Shown piece by piece: positions 52,955-63,052 of a DNA stretch of 64,000 bases. Every line of letters starts with the position of its first letter. Position 1 is the stretch's first letter. A program made the position numbers and the translations under genes. The notes beneath the pieces were generated by a model, which had not been told where the DNA came from, did no database searches, and saw nothing but the letters and a program-made list of their open reading frames with translations. Origin of the DNA: Felis catus (lineage: Eukaryota); contig NC_058368.1 in NCBI RefSeq assembly GCF_018350175.1, forward strand, positions 207,640,001-207,704,000, written 5' to 3'.

Positions 52955-52965
52955 ATACACATACA
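52921..52965 (+). repeat. (CA)n microsatellite
   Basis: direct reading. Confidence 0.95.
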
Positions 52966-54121
52966 CTCCATTGAGTAGGACTTTTTTTTAACTGCAGCGT
53001 CTTATCTAAAAGCTCACGATTCCAATGCCACGTTATATAATATAGTGACTACTCTTCAAAATATACATTCTCTTTTAAAAATTAGTTTTCTGGAAATAAG
53101 GATGCAATTTGGAATTTCTTTTCTCTAAATACAGTATTTAAAGTGTTTGTAGTTAAATTTAGAGTCTCCATATTTCATTACAGTCTTTCTAAAATGTTAA
53201 TTCCACATAGAATTCCTCATTATAAACTCTTTTGTGAAAACTAAAACAACAGTTAGTGAACAGGACACTCAAAATTATAAGTAAACATAACAAATCCTCT
53301 TTTTTTTAAATAAATCCTCTCTTGATGCAGAATTATTCAAATGCAGACATTACTTGGAAATAAAAGCAGAGATTATTTTCCCTGCTCCACCTGCACATTC
53401 CTAATTTTTATTTTAAATCATCTGAACTAATGTCCTCTCACACTTCAGTGTAACTGTGCACCATTCTTCCAATAATGTGTGTTTATGTGTGTGTTTAAAG
53501 TTCAAAAAGTAATAGAAGCAAAGGTCTTTTTCTGTTGCAACTAAATGCCACCCAGTCCTAATTTCAGATCACTTCTATTAATAAGCTCCCCCTCTCTAGT
53601 TTCAGTGGATATTCCTCTCTTATTCACCATTCTCCTGTTTGGGTACATATATTGGGAAAACGTGGTCATGCAAAAAGTCCTATGACCTTTGTTGATTTCA
53701 GCTCTCTATTTCTACTCCTTTAGTCAAATAAAAGCTTTTGGCCTGAGCTATGCCACAATGACTCCAAAACACTGAGTCCATTTATTTTACTCTGATGTGA
53801 TAATATGCCCAAACCTCGTAGGACAAATCTGAAAATACTGGTCCAATGGCCATGGGCAAAATAAACCACTGAATGTCTTGACTGTTGACTTTTTGGCCAC
53901 CATTGGAGTTTTAAAAAAAAAGTCTCATGAAATTCCAAATTGATGGAAAGAAACTGAAACTCCGTGGAAAAATGGAGGATGAGAAAGGAATGATAGTCAA
54001 TGGATTAATTGGCCTTTATAAGCCTCCGGGCTATTACTTGTTCAGGCCTATCCCTAGGTAAAGGACTCAATTTCTGTGTTTAGATTGGTCTGATTATAAT
54101 TGTGTTCTCATTTCCTTCCAG

Positions 54122-54147
54122 TTTTCCTGCTCCTCCTAAACAATTGG
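54122..54147 (+). CDS. FYB1: FYB1 microexon (~exon 13), 26 nt: FPAPPKQL(D)
   Basis: tttccttccag|TTTTCCTGCTCCTCCTAAACAATTGG|gtaagt; phase 2 to 1. Confidence 0.94.
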
Positions 54148-54924
54148 GTAAGTAACAAAAATTAAGTATATATTTTATATCTCTTTTTTTGCAGATAGGG
54201 TGGTGGGAAGGCACTGGATATAGTCATGGTGTCTGGATTAAAGTTCTGACTCTGGAAAAAATAACTTGTGTAAAGCTGTCAAGTAACTGCTCCACAGTTC
54301 TTCAACAGTGAAAGAGTGGGAAGAGGAGAATTTTTCATCTTGATGGTCTTTAAACAGTTCACCCAGTCATAGGGGTCACGAAGGAGAAATAAACAAGTGG
54401 GCAGGGATGGACATCGATATTTCCCATCTCTTATCCACCCCAATTCAGTAGAGCTTGATATATTGGGCCTCTGAGCAACGATTTCTAAAAATATACCAGA
54501 CTATATGCCACCAAGGCCCTTCTAAATCTAAATTTCTTTGTTTTTTTTTAATGTATCATTTATATTGTATTTGGAAATTCTTCCACTGCTAAACATAAAA
54601 CAGTTTCTTCTTTGTACAGTTTCCGTCAGCTTATTTTTTTAATTTAAAGATCTGAGACAGAACTTTAAAAGATTTTTCTTAAATTCACTTTGAACAAAGT
54701 AAAATGTCTCATAAGAATATTCAGGGGCTTTCAAAAAGTTTATTTGAATTTATACATAAATTGAAAAAGAAAACTAAACACACAGATAATCTCTTTTTCC
54801 AAACTGGTTATCTGACCTCATGTTCAGTTGTCAATATGAAAGTATGTAAGGCACTAATAAAAGTTTATCAATAGCTGATAATGAGCTTATATCTTAATGT
54901 ATAATTTTCAAAAAGCATTCAAGT

Positions 54925-55152
54925 GGGGCGCCTGGGTGACTTGGTCGGTTAAGTGTCCGACTTCGGCTCAGGTCATGATCTCACGGTCCGTGAATTCGAG
55001 CCCCGCGTCGGGCTCTGTGCTGACAGCTCAGAGCCTGGAGCCTGTTTCAGATTCTGTGTCTCCCTCTCTCTCTGCTCCTCCCCTGTTCATGCTCTGTCTC
55101 TCTCTGTCTCAAAAATAAATAAAAATAAACGTTAAAATTAAAAAAAAAAAAA
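54925..55152 (+). mobile_element. Can-SINE (SINEC_Fc)
   Basis: TSD aaaaagcattcaag. Confidence 0.92.
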
Positions 55153-56327
55153 AAAGCATTCAAGAATCTTAGCTCCACAAAGGATAGGTATAAAATGAAA
55201 CAAATGTGATCAGTTAAGTAAAAACTATGTTTTTTGTTTTTTCATTTTCTTTTGTTCTCAAGTGTGTTTTAAGTGCGTGTGCATGGAACAGTAATGTTTC
55301 CCATTCTGGAAACCAATGATATGTCGTATTTTTATATATTAATTATGGATTCTTCACATAGCTGTGAAATTAATTACCTGAGGGGGGGGGCCAGGAATAC
55401 ACACACAGACACATGTGTGTGTAGCGTATGTATATACCATATATGTATATACTCTCTACATTACAGATAGAGGAGGAATTCTTAAAGGAATTTAAATCCT
55501 TGCCACTAGCAGAGAGCATTTAAACTTTCTATGATAATCATTCCTTAAAACATTTTACTCTCTTCAACTCATCTCTTCATCTCAATTTGCTGTGGAGCAA
55601 CTCAATAGGTACAAAGAGGAAGCAATCCTCCTGACTTTATTAGAGCTCTAGAAGGAAGAAAAGTATCTATGGATTGGAAAAGCCATTGTACTAGTTAAGG
55701 TCATTGCCACTTTTCCACCAATACTGGTTCTCAATACCTGCTGGTACCAGATCTGTCTTATTAACAGAAATATTCTTTCTATTTTAAGGTGATACCACAC
55801 CTAATATTGCTATAAATTAAAAGTTAATAAGGAGCAAGCAGATCAGTGAATAAAAAAGAATGATACATGGATAGATAGATAAATAGATAGACAGACAGAT
55901 GGACAGATGGACAGGCATAGACAAAGACACACATATAAATAAAATAATATATATTATCTTAGCATCCTAAATCCCCTAGGAATCTTGATTTCAATCTCTA
56001 TTGCCTACTGCCAATGGGCTGTAATATTGATTTGTTTGTCAGCAATCTACTTATCTTCCATTCATCACAAGTGTGGATCTTCAAATAATCTCAGTCACTG
56101 TTTTGGGGGGACTTATCCTGGTGATGCTAGTTACAACCATGGTCACTGGCTTTCTTGAGGGAAATTTAACAGAAGTAACCAGGGAGAGAAAAACCTCTCC
56201 CTTTGAAGGAATAGACACTGCCTCCAGGAGAAATGTACAGAGACCCCAGGGAAACTTCTTTTGTTGTCTTTGAAAGAAAAATCTTTAAATTAAAAACATG
56301 ACTGAATGTTCATATCAGAATTCAAAC

Positions 56328-56425
56328 TGGGGTCCCTGGCTGGATCAGTCAGTAGAGCATGTGACGCTTGACCTCGGGGTCATGTTGGACGTAGCACCTA
56401 CTTAATTAAAAAATAATAATAATAA
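56328..56425 (+). mobile_element. Short old tRNA-Lys-like SINE
   Basis: ctggctggatcagtcagtagagcatgtgac plus tail; TSD-like ttcaaac. Confidence 0.7.
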
Positions 56426-56480
56426 TTTTAAAACTTCAAACCTAAAGTGTTTCAACATTTGGTATTTTGTCTTTTGTTAG

Positions 56481-56547
56481 ACATGGGAGATGAAGTTTAT
56501 GATGATGTGGATGCGTCTGATTTCCCTGCTCCACCAGCAGAGCTGAG
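56481..56547 (+). CDS. FYB1: FYB1 coding exon (~exon 14), 67 nt: (D)MGDEVYDDVDASDFPAPPAEL(S); second YDDV
   Basis: cttttgttag|ACATGG...CTGAG|gtaatt; phase 1 to 2. Confidence 0.95.
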
Positions 56548-57258
56548 GTAATTAAAATGTTCTCATTTTGAGACAGAAATCAGATTGCTCCAGAAAATTC
56601 AACTAGAATAAAACCCCAGTGGGTTATGGATCTCCTGTGTTCGCTCCTGTTTGCTCTGTCCTCTCTCTGATCCAAGCTCTAAGGGTTCTGCTCCATTTGT
56701 GGGTGGAGAGCCCTGATCCCCCTTCTCCTTTCTCCTCCCTTGCTTTTCCCTCTTCCCCTCCCCCTCTCCCAGTAGTTCGGCTGCTGGTCCCCTGATTATC
56801 CCCTGCCCTGTGACTCACTGATGTCTGCACTCATTTATTCATTCAAATATTCATTCACTGGGGAAATATTTGAGAGCCTGATCATGACTGATCTCACCAA
56901 TTCATCTCCTCCCTTTATTTTTACCCTTTTCCTAAATGCTTTTTGTCTTGAATGCACTTCTTAGTTTATGTCTCAACCCTCACCTAACTTCTTCAAATCT
57001 CTTCTGTCCTCCACAAGATTTTTTTCCTTTTATGAAAAAAAATGATTTGTGTTTTAAAAGGACTTTGTTATGTCTCTTTTTCACAAAAGCATCAGATTCT
57101 CAAAGGTTCCATTCAAATTAGAAAAAAAAAACTGTTCAAGGTGAATAGTGACATTCTTCAGCTCACCTAAGGTTTCAATTTCATTTTAGGCTAAAACTGT
57201 ATGAAAATCTGTTAAGATCAGTTAGTACAAAAGGAGTCTCTTTTGAAACTTCTTTTGA

Positions 57259-57490
57259 GGGGCACCTTGGTGGCTCAGTCGGTAAAGCGTCCGACTTCAG
57301 CTCAGGTCACGATCTTGTGGTCCGTGAGTTTGAGCCCTGCATCAGGCTCTGTGAGGACAGCTCAGAGCCTGGAGCCTGCTTTGGATTCTGTGTCTCCCTC
57401 TCTCTCTGCCCCTCCCCCACTTGCACTCTGTCTCTGTCTCTCAAAAATGAATAAACGTTAAAAAAAATTATTTAAAAGAAATTAAAAAAA
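57259..57490 (+). mobile_element. Can-SINE
   Basis: TSD gaaacttcttttga. Confidence 0.9.
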
Positions 57491-58584
57491 GAAACTTCTT
57501 TTGAAATAGGAAATAACATGGTAAGATTTTTCTATATTCCAATAAACACAAGCGATGAGCTGATACATACTGTGTATGAAAGCAAGAACACGTCTGTAGC
57601 TTTCTCAGGAAAAAAGGATGAATAAAAAGATCTTGGCCTTGATTAGTTAAAGGCTGAAAGTGACATAAACGGGTGACAATACATAGCGTCTTCTAAGCTA
57701 TGCTGCAAGAGTGCATGAGCATGTATTCATTTAGCATTTATTTTTTACCAACACCATTAAGCTAATTTTACTGAATGAAAGTTTCAAGATCAAAGAAACT
57801 GAAGGGAGAATACGTTATCATTTCTATGTGAAGATCAAGTTCCACAGGCAAAACAAACATGCAAGATGAAAAGAGAATTGTTCTCCTTTTTTCTGGAAGG
57901 AAAATCTAATCTTCTTCAGTGATATGTTCGGTTTGAAAATTCCTCACCATTGGGAAGTCACTTCTATCCCTGACATTTTTAAATGTATTTTTCTGTTTTA
58001 TATTCCTGTAAAAATGCCACCACATTCCATTAAACAGCTCTCTAGGTACCTGGTTATGCACTGGACCTTTTCTTCAAGTAGAATAAACCCCAGCTGGTTA
58101 AACTTGGTGTGATAGGTACCGTTCTCTTTACTGCTGCTTATTTTCAGACTTTAAGACTATTTTATGTTCTCTAACAGAATATTCTATTTTTAGCTAAATC
58201 TAAATTTCAGTAAGGTATTTTCAAAGAGAGCTCACGGGGCATTGTGAACACTCATGTATGTCCTGATGGCTCCAAAGTGCTGATTTGGTACCTCAATTCC
58301 ACTACTGCCCAGAGGACCATAAGACAGGAGAAACTGAGGAAGGATACAGAACCCAAGGAAGGATAATGTGCTAATCCATTTCACAGTAGATGAACTAAAT
58401 CCCAAGACTCAAAAGTTAAAGAATCAAACATTTTCAATAAATCAGTTGCTAGATTTATTTTAGGTAAGCTAGATAATAATTAACATCAGTGTTTAGAATT
58501 TTTCATTATACCCAAAAATTCTGATTTTAAAATTCCCTCCTTCAGAGATTCCCAACCTTTCCCTAACAGACATTCAGCCCTAGC

Positions 58585-58785
58585 AAATGTCCCTCAACCT
58601 TGGTTGCAAATTACTATTACCTGGGGAGCTATAAAGTATGTATGTCAGTATCTAGACCTCACTCAGTTCTACTTAATTAGAATTTATTTAATTTAATTAG
58701 AATTTCTAGGAATTAGACATAAGTAGTGGTACTTTTTTAAAACTTCCAGGTGATCCCATATGTGTCCAGGCTGGAGAATCACTAT
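58585..58785. mobile_element. MER5A-like hAT MITE remnant
   Basis: ctcaaccttggttgca...acctggggagct...ccaggtgat...gctggagaatcact. Confidence 0.55.
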
Positions 58786-59352
58786 CTTAGGCTTCTTCAC
58801 CCTTCTAATGACAACCAGCTGGAGTCCATTTGGTGTCTATGAGATGCCAGCCTGGCTCCATTTTAAGAAGATATGAAAAACGGCTCAAGAAAATTCAACT
58901 AGAATTGTAAACTTTTTTATTTTTAAATAGATAAACTTTTCAAGACATAAAAATCAATTTTTTAAAAAACATTATTTTTCAAAAAGCCTCTTCTATGACA
59001 GTGGCCAGGCCACTTAATTACCTAGGAAGGGCTGAAAATATATAGGGAGTTTGACGATAGGCTGAATTACATGGAACCTCTGATGTGTAAGCATGTTTAC
59101 ACTGTACCTCAGTCATTTCAATGGTTCAACATAAGTAATCACTACTTCCACTTTAACTATATTCTTGTGAAGAATCTCTTCCGGGTATGAAATATTATCA
59201 TTTACTACAATGGATGTACTAGATTTCTAAGAAAAGGAACCAACTAAAAACAAAATTGAACAAAATTGTTAAGTGATGGATGAAGTCTTTATTGTACGCT
59301 ATTCTTTTCAAACTAAACTAAGTGTTGTTTTATGTGTGTTCTGCCATCTTAG

Positions 59353-59443
59353 TCAAGGAGCCAAGGCTAAGACAGAAGAAAAAGACCCCAAGAAGCTAAA
59401 AAAGCAGGAAAAAGAAGAGAAAGACTTCAGGAAAAAGTTTAAA
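59353..59443 (+). CDS. FYB1: FYB1 coding exon (~exon 15), 91 nt: (S)QGAKAKTEEKDPKKLKKQEKEEKDFRKKFK
   Basis: ccatcttag|TCAAGG...TTTAAA|gtatgt; phase 2 to 0. Confidence 0.95.
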
Positions 59444-59542
59444 GTATGTCATATTTAAATATTAGACAAAGTACAAAATGCTAATGAAAAAAAAACAATG
59501 ACTTTTAAGTACCACAATGCACTTATTAAAAGTGTAATTATA

Positions 59543-59763
59543 GGGTCACCTGGGCGGCCCAGTCAGTCAGGCATCCGACTCTTGGTTTTGGCTCAGGTCA
59601 TGATCTCACGGTTCATGGGTTCAAGCCCTGCGTCAGGCTCCATGCTGAGAGCATGGAGCCTTCTTGGGATTGTCTCTCTCCCTCTCTCTCTGCTGCTCCC
59701 CCATTCATGTGAGCATTCTCTCTCTCTCTCTCTCAAAATAAAGAAACTAAAAAAAAATTTTTA
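59543..59763 (+). mobile_element. Can-SINE
   Basis: TSD aagtgtaattat. Confidence 0.9.
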
Positions 59764-59939
59764 AGTGTAATTATCAATATGAGTTATCCATCCTAACTCC
59801 TTTATTTACTACAAAATTTACTTTAGATTTTAATTTATTTTATAACAAATTAAGTGAAGTCTCATACATGCACTATATATGCTGCAATAATCATTTACAT
59901 TTAGTTGTTCTTTGAACTTTAGTAAGAGGATAATCTAAA

Positions 59940-60420
59940 ACTAGAATGGATAAAAGATATGAGGTATATGTAATGGAATATTAACTATGAAAAAGAAGGA
60001 AATCCTGCCACTGTGACAACCCTAAGGGCCTTATGCTAAGTGAGATAAGTCAGACAGAGAAAGACAATACTCTATAATATCACTTATATGTGGACTCTTC
60101 AAAGGCCAAACGCACAAAAACAAGGTACAGTGATAATTACCAGAGGCTGGGGTGGGCAGATGGAGGAGATATTGGTCAAAGGGGTACATACTTTCAGTTA
60201 TGAGATGAACAAACTTTAGGGGTCTCAGGTATAGCCTGGTGATTATAGTTAGCAATACTGTCTTATATACTTGGAAGTTGTAAAGAGAGTAAATCTTAGG
60301 TGTTCTCACCACAAAAAGTGGTAATCATGTGAAACGATAGAGGTGTTAGGTAAAGCTACACTGCTAATCATTTTGCAATATATGAGTGTATCAAATCAAC
60401 ACACTGTACACTTAAAATTT
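59940..60420 (+). mobile_element. L1MA9-like 3' fragment
   Basis: gaaggaaatcctgcca...tatgctaagtgagataagtcagacagagaaagacaa...ctttcagttatgagatgaa. Confidence 0.85.
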
Positions 60421-60531
60421 TTTAATTTTAAAAATAATGATTACATTAGTTTCGTGAGATTATGAGTGGCTTTTCTCTCGAAAATTTTTCTGTAATGCTT
60501 TTACGTTATTTTTTGCTTGTTTGGCAAAGAC

Positions 60532-60706
60532 TTTTTTTTTTTTTTTTTTTTTTTTTTGAGAGGGAGAGAGAGAGAGAGAGACAAGCAGGGTTTACCCGAG
60601 GCCGGGCTCCAGCTCACCCAATGCACAATCAAACTCACGAACCATGCGTGAGATCATGACCTGAGACAAAGTCAGATGCTTAAACAACTGAGCCACCCAG
60701 GCGCCC
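60532..60706 (-). mobile_element. Can-SINE ending 90 bp upstream of the C-terminal hSH3 exon
   Basis: TSD gcaaagacttt. Confidence 0.88.
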
Positions 60707-60796
60707 TAGCAAAGACTTTCTTAATAGATCTGTCAGTAAATGGATTACTTTAATAATACACATCAATCAATAATATAAATGTTTGTATTTTTCCAG

Positions 60797-60959
60797 TATG
60801 ATGGTGAAATTAGAGTTTTATATTCAACCAAAGTTGCACCCTCCTTAACTTCTAAAAGGTGGGGGACCAGAGATCTACAGGTGAAGCCCGGTGAATCTCT
60901 CGAAGTTATACAAAGCACTGATGATACGAAAGTTCTCTGCAGGAATGAAGAAGGGAAAT
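60797..60959 (+). CDS. FYB1: FYB1 coding exon (~exon 16), 163 nt, C-terminal hSH3: YDGEIRVLYSTKVAPSLTSKRWGTRDLQVKPGESLEVIQSTDDTKVLCRNEEGK(Y)
   Basis: tttttccag|TATGAT...GAAAT|gtaagt; phase 0 to 1. Confidence 0.97.
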
Positions 60960-61189
60960 GTAAGTCACTGCTTACTCTTTGTCAATATGGCATTCCAGGA
61001 TTTAATAATCAGACACGTTTTCCTGATCACCCTTGTTTTATTAACTTTGTTTTTTCTATGCTTGATGAATTGTGGAAAACATTAAGAAACTAGAGATTTG
61101 CGGTGCTGAAATCAGCGTATCTTATTTTCATCCTTTATCGTTTCTCACCTGCTATATTCGGCACTGTGGTGCCAAAGTAATGCCAAATT

Positions 61190-61371
61190 AGTACTTCCCA
61201 AAATGCAGTCCCACAGACCACCAGCGTCAGAAAACCCTTTGTGTATTAAAATCACAGTTGCCTGGCCCCACTCTTGACCTGCTAAGTCATGAGCTCTGGG
61301 GGGTGGCAGACGGAACCTGTGATCATAAGACCCCTAGCTTATTCTTAAGTATACTGAAGCAAGAACCACTG
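61190..61371. mobile_element. MER5-like hAT MITE remnant
   Basis: agtacttcccaaaatgcagtcc...gtcagaa...agaaccactg. Confidence 0.5.
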
Positions 61372-61711
61372 TGCTAAGCAGTGAGTGGCTCTTGCTGTCA
61401 TCTGGTTTTGAAATTATACAGCACATGTCACATGCAGAATTTCCAGTTTTCCTACCTTGCAAATTTACTTGTTTTCATTTCCTATTTGGACACGCTTAAT
61501 ACAACATACTCTTCCAAATGAACACAAGAGAGTCCCTGTCTTCTTTGACTTGATCAGCTATTAAAACTGACAGATGGAAATGTTTTTGTCAAACTTTAAA
61601 AAGAAGCTTATTTCACTTAAAGTCCGGGGAAGAGTAATTCAAAATTATGTGTCCTGTATTTAAAATTGAATGGTCAGCGTGGCTGCCCCATATCAGCTTG
61701 GCCAGTCTGTG

Positions 61712-61851
61712 TGGAAACATGAACTCTGAGTCGAATTTTAATGACAGGAAGGTGACTCAGGGACAGGAACTGAAATGGGAGTTTTAAGAATAAAACCAGT
61801 GACTCAAGGTTGGGGAAATGGATCTAAAGTTATCATGGAGGAGGTGTGGTT
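61712..61851. promoter_or_regulatory. Candidate intronic haematopoietic enhancer (NFAT, ETS/AP-1, ETS-IRF, AP-1 and RUNX motifs)
   Basis: motif matches only: TGGAAA 61712, CAGGAAG 61745, TGACTCA 61753 and 61800, GGAACTGAAA 61766, TGTGGTT 61845. Confidence 0.4.
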
Positions 61852-62083
61852 GGCTTTCAAAAGGAGAAAATGGAATGTGGATACAAAGGATAAAAGGCAT
61901 GAGTAGTGTAGTATTAACACTCAAAGGTCACTGGAGATAATGTGTAGACAGTGCTCCAGGAGACAAAGAAAACCCACATCCACACTAGCATTTGTGAGGA
62001 TGCAATGCAAGGAATAGCTTTAAATGCAGAAAAACTCTATGCATGAAAGGGTCAGAAAAAATATTTAAAAGTTTAAAAATTTT

Positions 62084-62182
62084 GGAGGGCACCTGTTGGG
62101 ATGAGCACGGGGTGTTGTATGGAAACCAATTTGACAGTAAATTTCATATTAAAATAAATAAATAAATAAATAAATAAATAAG
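62084..62182 (+). mobile_element. Extremely 5'-truncated feline L1 3' end
   Basis: ggagggcacctgttgggatgagcac...gtatggaaaccaatttgac plus (TAAA)n; TSD agtttaaaaatttt (62070-62083 / 62183-62196). Confidence 0.8.
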
Positions 62183-62557
62183 AGTTTAAAAATTTTAAAA
62201 AGTATGAAGTAAGTTATGATTAATATACCAGCCTGAATATTTACATGATGACTATGATATTAATGTGCGGAAATTCTCATGACACAATAGAAAGAGAAGG
62301 AAGAAGCCTGCTTCATGTGGGATAGGACTTATACCCATATCAAAAAATTATGTAAATAAAAGAAATTAACTAAACGGCCAATAGTGGCTGATTGAGGTGA
62401 TGAGCCTAAGTGAACCTGTTTTCTTTTCTCTGCTTTTTCATAAGAGGAAATTATCCTAGTACTTGTCATGTGGCCCTTTCCCCAGGGCGCAAGCCTCAGA
62501 CCAACCTTGCCACGCTGTCCTGAGATTCTTGTCTTTAGCAACTAATCCCATCTAAAG

Positions 62558-62720
62558 CAATGGTCTTCAGTTTCAATGTACATACACATCACATCGGAAT
62601 CTTGTCAAAAACGCAGATTCTAATTCAGTAAGTCTGAGATGAGGTGTAACATTCTGCATTTTACCAAGTTGCCAGGTAATTGATGCTGAGGTTCACGGAA
62701 CACTCTTGAGTAACAAAGGT
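62558..62720. mobile_element. MER5A-like hAT MITE remnant
   Basis: gcagattctaattcagtaagtctgagatgagg...ttctgcatttt...ccaggt. Confidence 0.65.
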
Positions 62721-62846
62721 GTAAATGACCTCATCAACAACTTGTATAGATGTAGATGAGCAAGAAGATATGGCACCAGAAACAGAAATTTGAAAGAGAC
62801 CCTTAACTTCCTAGAAGCCAGTGGACCTTAAGAATGAAGAAAATAG

Positions 62847-63052
62847 GGATGCCTGGGTGGCTCAGTCAGTTAAACGTCAGACTTGGGCTCAGGTCATGAT
62901 CTCGTGATTTGTGAGTTCAAGCCCCACGTCGGGCTCTGTGCTGATAACGCGGAGCCTGCTTCTGATTCTGTGTCTCCCTCTCTCTCTGCCCCTCCCCTGC
63001 TCTCACTCTGTCTGTCTCTGTCTCAAAAATAAATAAACATTTAGAAAAAAAA
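62847..63052 (+). mobile_element. Can-SINE
   Basis: TSD aagaatgaagaaaatag. Confidence 0.92.

Noticed and set aside
5651..59764. Family of similar short ORFs (MAQSV..TSAQVMIS..SSSPASGSVLTAQSLEP..) that looks like a repeated gene family
   Set aside because: All are translations of Can-SINE copies, not genes.
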